From the NCBI RefSeq assembly GCF_006345805.1, contig NC_042997.1, positions 102,796,001 through 102,860,000 on the forward strand: a stretch of 64,000 nucleotides of DNA. The letters are read 5' to 3'. Made by a program: the position numbers and the translations under genes. Positions within the stretch are counted from its first letter, which is position 1, and the number at the start of each line of letters is the position of its first letter. Below are positions 12,136-26,799 of this stretch, piece after piece. The stretch comes from Octopus sinensis. Its lineage: Eukaryota. Below the pieces are notes generated by a model. The model was not told the DNA's origin and made no database searches. It saw only the letters and a list, made by a program, of their open reading frames with translations.

Positions 12136-13509
12136 TAAATATATATGTTTAAATATTTTAGATATATATGTATGTAAAATCATATATATACAGATATATG
12201 TTTATATAAATATACATAATATAAGTATATGTTATATTCACTCAGTCAAATGTATATGTACCGTAAACTAATATAGATGCAAACGTGGTTGTGAGGCAAG
12301 AAGTTTGTTTCCCAACCACATTATATATATATATACTAGCGAGACATGTAAATATTTCACGGAATTAATAGTAAACTTTTTGGGTTATTTCTGAAAACAT
12401 AAAAAAAAACAAACCCTAAAAGTGTATCCTATGTTGAGTCTGTATAAAAAACTAGCCGTTCATCTGCTAATCGTTGAAATGTGAAAGTGTTACAAACGGG
12501 CTAAGTAACGGAAGAAAAAAACTTAGTTAAGAAAAGCTTACACATTTCACTCACCACCACCCTCCCTCCAACTAATCACGTGGAATCGTTACGGACGGGC
12601 TAAGTAAAGGAAAAATGAGCAGAATTATAAGATAAATATCAGTCAATATGTATACACTCATACATGCGCATGCCCACGCTGCTATGCACGTGCTTACATT
12701 CCCACGTGTAGACCTTCACTTACATGAGCTACAAGTAAAGGAGAAATTCTAAGAAAATTGCAGAAACCTTAATGCTAAGGTGGAGACCTTGAGCCCATGC
12801 ATATAATGAAGACCCTCTTCCACGTACGTCTCAGGCAAAAGTTTTATCTTTCCTCTTTCCTGAGTAGACGTTTACTCGAAAATATTTCGCAAAATTTTTA
12901 GATTTCCCATGATTTTCCTCTGTTACTTGATGTTGAAGGTCACATGTATGAAAGAGAATCTGTGTTTGGGTGATGTTCTTTTGAAGGTACATATTTACAT
13001 GTGTGTGTGAGTCACATTGCTGAGCAAAGCAATCAGTAACTATGAAGAGAGACCATATTCTGTCCTAATCAGAGTGCAGTCTCTGAAACGATCGGCTTGA
13101 TAAACTATTAAGGAAATACTTGCCCATTGGAGTTCATATATGCTGTGGAAAGCATCGTCAAAACACAGAGTTAAGTATTTCAATAAAAGGAACTTTATTC
13201 GTTTTAGATAAATGATGAAAGCTTGCTTCCTTCCCAACCACATTGTTTCGGGTTCAGTCTAGTACGTGGCACCTTGGGCAAGTACCTTCTGCTATTGCCT
13301 TGTGAGTAGATTTGGTAGATGGAAACTGAAATTCATTGTCGTATGTATGTATGAGACATATATGAGGAATTTGTTGTATCATTCAACTACGGTAGCTGTT
13401 GAATAATATTCTTAAGGACGCCATTTACTCACACGCAGCATCTTTCAGAGCTTGTCGCTAATTCAGTTCTTAACTAAATTGAAAACTATTAACATTTTTG
13501 AAGAGGACT

Positions 13510-14518
13510 GCTTTTCATAGTAGCCCTCTCAGATATGCCCTCAGCTGCCCGGATAACCACCCTTGCTAGCTACGCAGACGATACGAAACTCTCGCAGAAA
13601 ATTAGAATCCCAGCGATGGGATTAATGATGGGCTGAGGACAATAATATACAGTTTAATGCTGATAAATTCCAAACCCTGCGATACCAGCGTCCAAAACTG
13701 AATATAAAACTTATAGGGTACACTGGTCCACAGGGGATTGCAATCCGAGAGCCTAAATCAGTGGGACCTGGGTATCGACATGAGTGATGATACCTCTTTC
13801 CAAGTGCACATTACCAGGATGGTCACAAAGTGCAGACGACTGGCTGGCTGGATCCTGAGAACCTTCAGGACCAGAGAGAAGGAAACCATGATGGTCCTCT
13901 GGAGGACGTTCGTCCTCAGTCGCCTGGACTACTGCTCCTAGCTATGGTCACCCAACAGTGTAAAATTAACAGCGGACCTTGAAGCAATCCAGCAAAGCTT
14001 CACAAAGAAGATTGTCTCGTTGCAACAGCTCAGCTACTGGGAAAGGCTGATACAGCTAAGACTCTACTCCCTGGAGCGAAGACAGGAGAGGTATGCAGTA
14101 ATATACACCTGGAAGATCCTGAAAGGAATTGCGCCAAATTTTGGCATTGAAAGCTAAACCAATGCCAGAACAGGTCGACACAGCGCAGTGCCAAAGATCC
14201 CAGCAATACCATCGTGCTTCAAGATCAGTTACTGTAATAGCCCGAGTTTCGGTGGCCCACAGCTTTTTAATATTCTCCCAAAGCGCCTGAAGGACCTACA
14301 TAAAGTGAATGTAGGTGTTTTCAAATCAAAACTGGACTTCTTCCTATTGAGAGTCCCAGATGAACCAGCCGTAGCAAGAGGTGCAAATGAGGGTAGCGAC
14401 ATCAAACTCCCTTATTCACCAAATGCTACACATTGGAGGAGGCTCTCAATAATAAAAGTGTAGCAAAACGACGGTGCCCGATCATGGCCGCACCTCTGAG
14501 CTGAAACTACAAAAGAAA
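13510..14518 (+). mobile_element. Degenerate 5'-truncated relative of the CR1-like LINE at 30897-36586
   Basis: YADD (tacgcagacgat), KCRRLAGWILRTFRTREKETMMVLW, several stops, and the same 3' tail (cggtgccc...catggccgc...gctgaaact). Confidence 0.85.
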
Positions 14519-14533
14519 TATATATACATACAG

Positions 14534-14600
<67 letters not shown>

Positions 14601-15264
14601 ATAATATATATAAATTAGATATAGAGATATATTATTGACATTCAATAATTTATTTATATTACAATATTGCATTAAATACTATGAATACTATGATTTTGCA
14701 GCCTTTCAGCGCACTCGGTTGTATTTCCTTGCGAATCTTCTAGTCCGGACGAACTAATTTTGTCAGTCATTGTTTTTTTTTTTAAACAGCAACGAAAAGG
14801 TTTCCCCCCTTCTGCAAGGGAAAAAAACGTTAACAAATTCTGCACAAAGCAGTAAAACGAAGTCTTTTTACACAATCAACAATATTTTAAACAACAATTT
14901 TCAACAACTCTACAAAAACCTTGACTTATGTCTGAGAAAACACCAAAACCAACACAAAAAGTGGAGTGCGTGTGCGAAGAACAGGCTGGTAAATTTGGGT
15001 GCCTTTTATATCCAATGAGTCAATGTTTTGCACGTGCATCATACTTTTCATAAAGATGCGTTTGCGAGCATTACCATGTTCACAAAAAGTGAGAGAGTTC
15101 GAACCCTACATGAAATCCTTGTATTTTCAAAAGAGAGTGGTGTTGTGGGTCAGTGACATCTTCCTGATGCCAAGCTACCTAGAAATGTGATAAAATCTAT
15201 ATAATCTCAATATCGTGTGTGAAAAAAATAATCTTTTACAGTGCGACGTTTCTTTTGAAGTTCA

Positions 15265-15322
<58 letters not shown>

Positions 15323-15377
15323 CGGAGATGTACTTGCATAGCAAGTGACCTGATCTGAGATCGTGTGCTGGAACGAA

Positions 15378-15601
15378 AACAACTGCAGCGTGGAAGGTGT
15401 TTATAATCCATTTAAGAAACACACAAAAACCGTTAGATTCAGTTCAACATTTAAATTTACTCTGCTAAAATATTTTCGTCGCTTCGAGACCCTGACCTGT
15501 TCACTGACAAAATTCCGAGATGCAGCACGGAATTTTGTCAGTGAACAGGTCAGGGTCTCAAAGCGACGAAAATATTATAAACACCTTCCACGCTGCAATT
15601 G

Positions 15602-15603
<2 letters not shown>
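15378..15603. repeat. Fold-back inverted repeat between (TA)n tracts
   Basis: Inner arms 15469-15517 and 15528-15576 with a 10 nt loop. Outer arms 15378-15407 and 15574-15603. Confidence 0.9.
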
Positions 15604-15604
<1 letters not shown>

Positions 15605-15635
<31 letters not shown>

Positions 15636-16501
15636 AGAGAGAGAGAGAGAGAGAGTGATCTCTCTCTCACTCTCTCTCTCTATATATATGTATATATATA
15701 TATAATATGTATGTATATATATATGTTTGTATGTATATATATGTTTGTATGTATATATATATGTATGTATATATATATATATGTATGTATATATATATAT
15801 ATGTATGTATATATATATATGTATGTATATATATATGTATGTATCTATATATATAATTTTAATCCAAACGGGAAAACAGAAAAAACAACAACACGTGGAA
15901 CAATTACAGTATTATTATTAATAGGCGCTCAGGAAAAGATGGAATGTATATATATATATATATGTATGTATATATATATCTATATATATGTATATATATA
16001 TAATATATGTATGTATATATATGTATATATATATATATGTATGTATATATAATATATATATATGTATATATAATATATATATATATATGTATATATATAT
16101 CTATATATATGTATGTATATATATATTATATATATGTATATATATATGTATATATATATCTATATTATGTATGTATATATATATATATATGTATATATAT
16201 ATGTATATATATATCTATATGTATGTATATATATATATGTATGTATATATATATATGTATGTATATATATATATATCTATATATATATCTATATATATCT
16301 ATATATATGTATGTATATATATATATATATAATATATATATATATATCTATATATATATGTATATATATATATATATGTATATATATATTATATATATAT
16401 ATCTATTATATGTATGTATATATATATATATATGTATATATATATGTATGTATTATATATATGTATATATATATATGTATATATATCTATATATATGTAT
16501 G

Positions 16502-16536
<35 letters not shown>

Positions 16537-16552
16537 GTATATTATATATATG

Positions 16553-16594
<42 letters not shown>

Positions 16595-16610
16595 TATATA
16601 TTATATTAAA
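15605..16610. repeat. About 1 kb degenerate (TA)n/(TATG)n tract with a short embedded non-repetitive fragment (15858-15945)
   Basis: Direct reading. The embedded piece is a reverse-complement relative of 39490-39545 and 58400-58440. Confidence 0.85.
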
Positions 16611-17157
16611 TTAGAGATAAAACCACTATTAGGCAAATCATACAATGAAAAACTTAAGGCAATACATAAGATTAATTAATTCATATTATTTAAATATATA
16701 TCAAAATTATTAAAAAAGATAATTAATATAACACTACGATCGTTTAGAAGTATAAATTAGTAGATTAATTTTTTTAGATTTAACTTAATATTTACCTCCA
16801 TTTTGTATTGTAGTATGATTATAGACATTTATATATCTATTTATTTTATATATGTGGATGTGTGTGTATGTATATATGTGTATATGATGATGTGTGTGTA
16901 TATATATATATGTATATACATTTATTTATGTGTATGTGTGTGGGTGTGTATATATAGGTGTAAGTGTATATATTGAGTATTGTATGTATGTACATGTATG
17001 TATGAGTGTGCTATTGATATTCTCTTGTGCTTTTTTGCATTATACGTCTATACGTAATGTTTTCTCGAGAGGCATTCTGCAGTTTTGTAGCTTTATACGG
17101 TACATCCACATTAAATTACGACTAAATTACGACGACGAGGGTTCGATCTATTCCTGC

Positions 17158-17352
17158 AATTAACGTGTAAGTGGCTGAGCACTCCACAGATTCGCGTATC
17201 CTTAACATAGCTCTCAGGGAGATCCAGCGTGACACAGAATGCAGCAAGGAGTACAAGTACAACTTATTCTTGCCAGCTGAATGGACTAGAGCAACACAGG
17301 GAATCGAACTCACGACCTTACGACCGTGAGCCGATTACCCTGACCACTAAAC
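17158..17352 (-). mobile_element. tRNA-derived SINE (internally deleted)
   Basis: Minus strand has ttagtggtcaggg...gagttcgattccc, with A-box-like and B-box-like motifs. Confidence 0.55.
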
Positions 17353-17913
17353 CTTTTACCCACATTTTTTAATAAGATATACAGAATGATGTTTTGAACG
17401 AATGCTGCTTTCGTCACTAATAACGAATTTCTTTTTTTTTTACCCAGCCTGCTGGCTATTTGCGATATCAGGGATGTGTTAACACTATTTTTCTATATCA
17501 GTGGAGACTAAATTTATCTAAACATGCAAGTTTGTAGTGGATACTTGCTAGTGATGGCGCGCAAATACTCAGAAGTCTAGATAGCTATTCCACCGTCGTT
17601 GCTGGTCGATTTTCAAATTGTTACTGAGATACTCGTGGGATTTTTTAGCACTTACGTCTATACGAGATGCTTTCGCAAGACAAATACGACAGTTGAGTGG
17701 CTTTTTACAGTATATCGACGTTAAGATATAGTGAATGCTATTTTGAAGTAATTTTGCTTTAGTCACTAATTACGAACACATACGTACGTGCGTGAGTGCA
17801 CACTCACACACACATATGTGCGCGCACACACACGGACACTTAGACACATAGACACAGACACAGACACGCACACACACTGAAACACACAAAGACACACACA
17901 TAGACACACACAC

Positions 17914-18013
<100 letters not shown>

Positions 18014-18460
18014 GCACATACGTTTGTGTATGCATAAGTATGTATGCGTATGCATTGGGTTTGTGTAAATATATAAGCATATATACATGTATGCACACAT
18101 TCACATACATACACACACGCACACACACATACCATACGCACACAAAACGCAGTGCCTGGCAAACGAATAGGCGATATCAAAGTTGACTTCTGGTACTTGC
18201 GAAAAGTAAAACTAGATCGTGCAGTGAGATGCATTGCAGTGAACCGTGAGTGCGACAACTTGCTTACACCAACCTGTGAGCCTGCTTCGGCAGTGCATTT
18301 TCTATTTTTGTTTTGATATCTGATATTTAGATTTCACCGCAGGATAATTTTTCGTAATTCACCCCATGCCTTTTCATTTCACTTTTTTTTTTCACTATTA
18401 CTTGTTGATAGTATTTTACGCTTCAATATTTCATATTCACACTATGTCAGATATTATCAT

Positions 18461-18699
18461 TGTGACCACTCAATTTTGGAGGCGCCAAAAACAAAAACAA
18501 AAAAAAAGCTAGCGAATGTATACTAAGACAGAAGCAAACAGGACATTATATAATACAATAGATAAAGAATTATGCATATGTATAATTCTTTGTTGTATTT
18601 ATATAATGTCCTGTTTCTTTCTGTCATAGTATACACTCGCTAGCTTTTTCCCAGTAGCTTAATAACAACACTGGTCCCTCCAAAATTGAGAGGTCTCAA
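18461..18699. mobile_element. Diverged palindromic MITE-like foldback
   Basis: ctcaattttggagg pairs with cctccaaaattgag, aaaagctagcga with tcgctagctttt, and aaacaggacattata with tataatgtcctgttt. Confidence 0.7.
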
Positions 18700-19199
18700 C
18701 GGTAATGGCGCGAAACCACTGTGATATTTTGAGTCATTGATTGACGTGGAAAACTCAGTTGCGAATATTCCATGAAATGTCTCTTTGTCTAAATTTCCCG
18801 TCCGTTAAGTTTTCGTCTAGTTTCCCTTTTGCTCTGCTTTCGTCTAACTTTTTCTCCTTGTATTATTTTTATTCAACCATTGATACATCCATATAGCGCA
18901 ATGCACACCCCGTTTGCTTACTTTATTGTAAAAAATATTCCTTGAATATTTATTGTGCGACTCATAACTCATTCTACTCTTACTCTATCACTTTCCACCG
19001 TTACTTTTACTCTATCTCTTTCTTCATTCTTACTCTATCTTTCTCAATCGCTTATATATGTATGTATATACGTAAGTGTATGTGTGTGTCTTTGTTTCTG
19101 TGTTTCGCCCTCATCACTGCTTCACAACTGCTGTTCATTTATTTACGCCCCCATAACTTACTGGTTTCACAAGAACAAACTAATAGAAGAAGTATAATG

Positions 19200-20660
19200 C
19201 AATATCTTTGGTTTGAATTTCAGATGGCTTAAAGGGGGCAGAACCCCCATGAAAATTCATAAATTTTCGATATTGATGGAATTTCAACCATGGGTAATTG
19301 ACACACATCAACAAGTATTCTCAAAGTTTCCACTTCACATGACGATTCTAAGACACCCTAATGGGGGCCTTAACTCCCAAATTTTAGTGATTTCTTTTAT
19401 GATCCAAAACTAGGTCAAAAGTACTGAATGGATCTTTACAAAATTTGGAAATTATATTCTATGCATAACGGCCACAACCCCCATGACAATTCATATATTT
19501 TTGCTGATGATGAAATTTTAACGATAGATATTAGACACAAATGAAGTAATATTTATAAAATTTCATCTTCTTACAAGTTAGAAAGACCCCTTCATGGGGA
19601 CTTAACACCCACAATTTAGTCATTTTATCTAAGCAAAGACGAATACAGTTGTACTCTTGAAAGCTGTAGGTTCACTCGAGCATAAAAGATGAGCATTATT
19701 TGTAATTCAATGGTACAACAATGTAAGAGTTTGCTTTGACATACAGTTAGGTTGTGATTTCTGCAATGTGCTGCATAAATTGTCAAGTAAATGAGAGGCA
19801 TCTTTGCCTCCACTGATTCAGTTGCAAAGTGTTGAGTAAAGTTATTTGATTGCAGAACTTCTTTCAGTCTTTTTATTATTACTGGGTCACACATAGTCCC
19901 CAGATGGTAACATTGGTTTCAAGGCCTTCCTAGATGAGTGACAGCTTATTCAAAGACATTTATAGATTGTAAATTTATTCTGTTGAGTTACGTATCAGTA
20001 TAGAGGTCATTTACAAACTCCAGAGGTGACACTTTCATTTCTCCTTAGCCCTCACGTCACACAGTTGTTAATGTTTATTTCAGTTGGGTCACGCCCTTCC
20101 AATTGTTATAGATTCGTAATGCATCTTATGGCTGTGTCTGTCACCTGGATGGTGAGGAATCCTACATTGGGAGTGGTAACGACTAGGGTATGGTAGCTGA
20201 CTGCTTATTGTGATCATTCCTCTTTTGGTTTCCTGTACCTTTCCTCTCGTTTACAAACCCAGTGAACATATATTTCCTATTTCAAAGAAATTAAAACAAT
20301 AGATATAAAACCCAAGTTAAAAAGATTCTCAACAATTTAACTTCTCTGGTTGACATTAAAACACCCACCCCCAATAACTCTCACATTTTAGAGCTCCATG
20401 ACCTTCACTTTTGTGGAGCAAAATCCTTTTAACAGGTTCTATAAGACTGGAATTTTGTAATATGCTCATAAAAATCAGTAGTATGGGATACATGTGGCAC
20501 GATAACAATTTTTTTAGGGTGTGTAAAGAGGGAAATAACCCTCATCTGCAATTTTGATGAAATTCGAAACATAGGTATTCCAGTTCATTACAGAAAATAT
20601 AACAGAAAAGTCTAATTCTTCAATTGCATGTGACACAGGCAACGCCGGGTATCTCTGCTA

Positions 20661-20661
<1 letters not shown>
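19200..20661 (+). mobile_element. Helitron-like non-autonomous element (3' end clear, 5' end approximate)
   Basis: Ends ggcaacgccgggtatctctgCTAG then T, the usual GC hairpin plus CTRR terminus. Confidence 0.5.
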
Positions 20662-20717
<56 letters not shown>

Positions 20718-20956
20718 ATTGTGAGATAAATCATAAGTGACATATTTATTTTCTTATTTACTTCAACGCCTGAGTGATTCTTTCGAATTTCCATTACACG
20801 CTTCAATGATTTTCCTCGCAAACCACAACTTGCAAACATACTCTTTCTTTTCTTCACCCTTTGCATTTCTACACAACTTGGTTTTCGGCAACCCACGTCA
20901 CACTTAGTTATAATTCACATTATACCACCTATCAAAGGAATATGCTGCCATTTTGG

Positions 20957-21031
<75 letters not shown>

Positions 21032-21248
21032 TTTGTTCTTTTACTTGTTTCAGTCATTTGACTGCGGCCATGCTTAAAGGGTTTTATTCGAACAAATCGA
21101 CTCCAGGACTTATTCTTTGTAAGCCTAGTACTTATTCTATCGGTTGCTTTTCCCCAACCGCTAAGTTACGAGAACATAAACACAATTATCTGTTGTCAAG
21201 TCATGGCGTGGAAACAAACACAGGCTCACACACTTAAATACATACATA

Positions 21249-21324
<76 letters not shown>

Positions 21325-21718
21325 GTAAAGGCTATTTGCCAACATAATATGCCTGTCCTGGAAGGGACGATTGTTATTATATGTTCACTGGGTTTGTAAA
21401 CGAGAGGAAAGCTGCAGGAAACCAAAAGAGAAATGATCACAATAAGCAGTCAGCTACCATACCCTAGTCGTTACCACTCCCAATGTAGCTCCAGGAAACA
21501 TCGTTTCCAGCCGGCTATACGACATAATATCTGTCCTTATATTTTCGAACAGGGAGTTCAATTCTCTCATCCAGTACAAAACAACATCCGTGGGCCGGTT
21601 TGTGGGTTATTGCGCTTTGTCTGCGCAGAGTAGCTGCTTGGCTAGGTGGCGTTGCTGAATTCACCGTTCGAAAATATATAGTTTTCAAGGCGACACACAT
21701 AGTCACTGATCTAATAAA

Positions 21719-22089
21719 TAGAAACATCAATTTTTTGTAAATCACTCAAAGAGAGATTTTCAATAACAGTTCTTTCAAGTAAAGGCTATTTGCCAAAATA
21801 ATGTGCCTGTCCTGGAAGGGACGATTGTTACTGATGTTTAGCCGCAGGAAACTTCGTATCCAGCTGGCTATACGACACAATATTTGCTTCCTTATATTTT
21901 CGAACTGGGAGTTCAGCACTCCCATCCAGATATGGTGTCGTATAGCCAGCTGGAAGTGATATTTCCTGGGGCTAAACAACAATAGCAATCATCTCTTCTC
22001 GGACAACCACATTATGTTGGCAAATAGCCTTCACTTTATAAAACTGTTATTGAATATGTCTCTTTGAGAGATTTAAAAATAACAATGGT

Positions 22090-22093
<4 letters not shown>
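21719..22093. mobile_element. About 375 bp palindromic MITE-like foldback, with a partial second copy at 21322-21575
   Basis: aggctatttgccaa pairs with ttggcaaatagcct, ccagctggctatacgacac with gtgtcgtatagccagctgg, and ctcaaagaga with tctctttgag. Confidence 0.75.
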
Positions 22094-22158
<65 letters not shown>

Positions 22159-22187
22159 ATCTATCTATCTATCTATCTATCTATCTA

Positions 22188-22282
<95 letters not shown>

Positions 22283-22297
22283 ATCTATCTATCTATC

Positions 22298-22374
<77 letters not shown>

Positions 22375-23459
22375 ATAAATTCGACGGGTTTCTTTCAGTT
22401 TGCACCTACCAAATCCACTCACAAGGCTTTGGTCGGCCTGAGGCTATAGAAGAAGACACTTGCCCAAGGTACCACGCAGTGGGACTGAACTCGGAACCAT
22501 GTGGTTGTGAAGTAAGCTTCTCTCTTCTGCGCATATAAATCAATTTTTGTACAGATGCATGCATGCATAACCTAGCACACAAAACCGCTCAGCCGCACAT
22601 GTTGTATAACAAATCGAACCGTTTGCGAACTCTAAAATGAAATAGAGCAAAATTGCAATCATATGCAAAAAAGTTTGTTTTGTAGCAAGAAAACTTCAAG
22701 CAACAGAAATTGTGAACAGAACATGACACATCTAATTACTCCTTTACCTACAGGCCTTACTGAGTCTTAAATATAGCAGATCTCTATCAAACCAGAATAA
22801 TTGTTTCCACCATCTATTTCTGTCAACCCATGCACTTAACTTATAATTCAATTTTAATTAATTTATGTTAATTATGTATCTTAATTATGTAATTATCAAA
22901 TTAATGAAGTCTATTCCTAATGAAACAGCCGATGAAAGTAACTAAATGAGGAACTATCTGGTGAAATGTGCGCGTTTCCGCTTTGTTATTCTAAATATGC
23001 GTTGTCCTTAAGGATCGTTTTAATTGATTATGCACGTATATGCAAGCTTTTTCCACCTTGATTTACAGCAATGTTATAATGTGTTGGAGTTTAACGGCCA
23101 TCTGTTAACTGGGCGCGTAATTATCATGGATATATATTTTTTTTTGTTTTACACACATCTCTTTTTTTATGTATATACACACACTTTGCCCCATTTGTCT
23201 TCTTCCGTCCTTCCTTCCTTCCTTCCTTCCTTCCTTCCATCCTAATTTTCCAATTCTCCTATCTCCCTGTAGCACACCGAATTATCATTTACACCAACCC
23301 CATTTACCAAAGGCAGACTTAAAAACTATATAAGATAGTAAGCTGAAACTTCGAAGTCACTGTGAGCCTTTTTCTTATAAAAAATTAATAATTGATATAT
23401 ATATATAACATCATAATCATGATTTAATGGCCATTTCCCATGCTAGCATAGTTTATATA

Positions 23460-23527
<68 letters not shown>

Positions 23528-23536
23528 TATATATAT

Positions 23537-23838
23537 TCTTTTACTTGTCAGGATTGCGGCCATACTGGAGCACCACCTTTAGTCGAACAACTTATTCTTT
23601 ACAAGCCTAGTACTTATTCTATTGGTCTAGTTTGCGAACACCTAAGTTACGGGGACGTAGACACACCAGCAGCGGTTGCCAAGCGATGGCGGGGTTGGGG
23701 ACAAGCACAGACACACAAACACACACACACACACAAACACACACTCACACATACACACACACGACGGGCTTCTTTCAGTTTCAGTCTACCAAATCCACTC
23801 ACAAGACTTTGGTCGGCCTGAGACTATAGTAGAAGACA
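23537..23838 (-). mobile_element. SINE family A (5'-truncated)
   Basis: Reverse complement of the family A body and tail. Confidence 0.75.
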
Positions 23839-24001
23839 ATTATGATTTTTTAATGATATTTTAAAAAGAAAAGTTGGTTATTCTGATATCAAGAAAAAAG
23901 TCTCTTATGGGAGACTTTAATCTGTCCAATGTCGGAAGGCCTGAGGGCCTTTCTCTCCCAGGAATGGCGCATTGCGAACGAGGACAGTTGTGTGTGCGTG
24001 C

Positions 24002-24043
<42 letters not shown>

Positions 24044-24132
24044 TAATGTGTAATATACAAATAAATATATATAATAATATAAAATATATATACAATTGCA
24101 TCTATACATACGTATATGTACATACTTACATC

Positions 24133-24180
<48 letters not shown>

Positions 24181-24375
24181 CATATGCGGGCACAGGACGT
24201 CATGAAACGTGTACAAAAAAGTACGAGTACATAGAATATGAACTATTTTTTCGAACAACGAAAGACACAAATGGAAAACGAGAGAAACAACACTAAGAAC
24301 GACACTTAATCAGTTGTTGGCTGTTTTTCTACTCTCGTATTTCAAGCATTATATATATAAACACACACATAAACC

Positions 24376-24497
<122 letters not shown>

Positions 24498-24509
24498 CAT
24501 ATTATTTTA

Positions 24510-24678
24510 CTCTTTTACTTCTTTCAGTCATTTGACCGCCTTTTTTAGTTGAGCAAATCGACCCCGGGACTTATTCTTTGTAAGCCTAGTACTTATTCTA
24601 TCGGTTCTTTTGCCGAACCGCTAAGTTACGGGGACGTAAACACACCAGCATCGGTTGTCAAGCGATGTTGTGGGGGGA

Positions 24679-24777
<99 letters not shown>

Positions 24778-24951
24778 TATATATATATTCGACAGGTTAT
24801 TTCAGTTTCCGTCTATCAAATCCACTCACAAGGCTTTGGTAAGCCCGAGGCTATAGTAGAAGACACTTACCCAAGGTGCCACGTAGTGGAACTGAACCTG
24901 GAACCATGTGGTTCGTAAGCAAGCTACGTAGCACACACCCACTCCTACGCC

Positions 24952-24952
<1 letters not shown>
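24510..24952 (-). mobile_element. SINE family A, full length with internal microsatellite
   Basis: Reverse complement of 47661-48080. Confidence 0.8.
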
Positions 24953-25020
<68 letters not shown>

Positions 25021-25384
25021 ATATTATTATTATATACATAATTATGACAAGGGCTTGGGTTGTACCTCACCACCACTGAAAAATAGACGTCAAAAGACAC
25101 TATTACCACCATAAATTCTCCGAGAAAAATATACTTCCCTGTATCTAATAACCTTTAAAAATGTTTATATAAAGTAACTAAAGTATTTTATACAATGAAC
25201 ACATATAGCTATCATGTTCTCGATCTGATAAGATATCGTATCTTATATCATACATATATGTACTTGCAAAATGTCAGGATAAAAATACGGCAGCATAAAT
25301 GTTATTGTGATCATTGTTACATTCACAGGCCGCCGACCGACTACAACTTAATGACAGAGACCTACTAAAACGATGTCCGTTCTA

Positions 25385-25598
25385 CGAGAGGATGCTGAAA
25401 AGTCCCTGGCTTTAAGGGTGTCGCGAAAGACCTAGTTGGAAGCCCAACCTTCCGAGTTCTTTTACAGGACTTAGAAAAAGAGAAGGATCGCTGCAATAAG
25501 TGTGTGAATATGAGAGGGGAGTATGTTGAATAAAATCATTAACTGATCTACCTGTACTTTCTGTGACGCAGAACCAGGAACTTTTCAGAACCTCCTCA
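25385..25598 (+). mobile_element. Mariner deletion derivative (MITE)
   Basis: TA-flanked TIRs cgagaggatgctgaaaagtccctgg and ccaggaacttttcagaacctcctca. Internal RCNKCVNMRGEYVE* matches a mariner transposase C-terminus. Confidence 0.75.
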
Positions 25599-25904
25599 TA
25601 AAAGATGCTAACATATTAACAAACACGACATATGCAAACAGTAAATAGATTTGGGACAACAAGAATGCTCACATTTATGAGTATGAATCTTGTATAAAGA
25701 TCATATACCCAAAATAACATTCAAAATAAGAAATATGCCCATGTACAAAGGCGTAAAACCGTCACAAATGCGTTATGAAAGCAGACACGAACATATATAG
25801 AAATATATATGTCTTAGGCTGAAAAAAGCATTCGAGAACAGACACACCCATACATGCAATAACGGTCGAACATACATACATACATACATACATACATACA
25901 TACA

Positions 25905-25938
<34 letters not shown>

Positions 25939-26466
25939 CATACAAAGAAAATAAAAGAAATAATATATACAAATATATATATAGCCTTTTGTGAACGCAC
26001 ATATATACATATAATTGTAGAGTAGAGTTATGCACTAGGCGACCACAACCATAAGGGAAAACTGATTTTTGTAAAATCGTAAAAAGGTTGTGTTTTTGGC
26101 AATAGGGTAAAGGTCAAGCGTAGAGGTAAGGGTTAAGTCCTACAGCAGAGTTTCTAGCGTCTCTCAAGCTGACGCGAAGCAAAATTTTGATGAGGCGCGG
26201 CACTTCAAAAGTAACAAGTGAATGGAAATTTTAATGAAATTTTAACCAATTTCATCTTCATTTTAATATATATTTATTCTCTTCTTTTATTGTTTTTTTC
26301 TTTCATTTCAGTCATTTGACTACGGGCATGCTTGCAGCACCGCGGAACTTATTCTTTGTAAGCCCAGTTCTTATTCTATTGGTCCCTTTTCTTTAATCGC
26401 TAGATTACGGGAACGTAAACACACCATAAATCAGTTATCAAGCGATGGTGGTGGGCACAACTACAG

Positions 26467-26522
<56 letters not shown>

Positions 26523-26575
26523 GCACGCACACACACACAGATACATATACATACATACACACACACACATACACA

Positions 26576-26611
<36 letters not shown>

Positions 26612-26634
26612 ACACATACACACACACGCACGCA

Positions 26635-26734
<100 letters not shown>

Positions 26735-26799
26735 TATATATACACATATATAATAGCCGCAGGAGTGGGTGGGTGGTAAGAAGTTAGTTCGGGTTGTAC

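Noticed and set aside
12335-13000. Possible reverse-oriented Helitron starting at ctag
   Set aside because: Only the terminal CTAG supports it. The hairpin and 5' end are unclear.
15363-16679. Long YI/CV/HT-rich ORFs here and at 5.9, 26, 30, 44, 57 and 60 kb
   Set aside because: They are translations of dinucleotide and tetranucleotide microsatellites.
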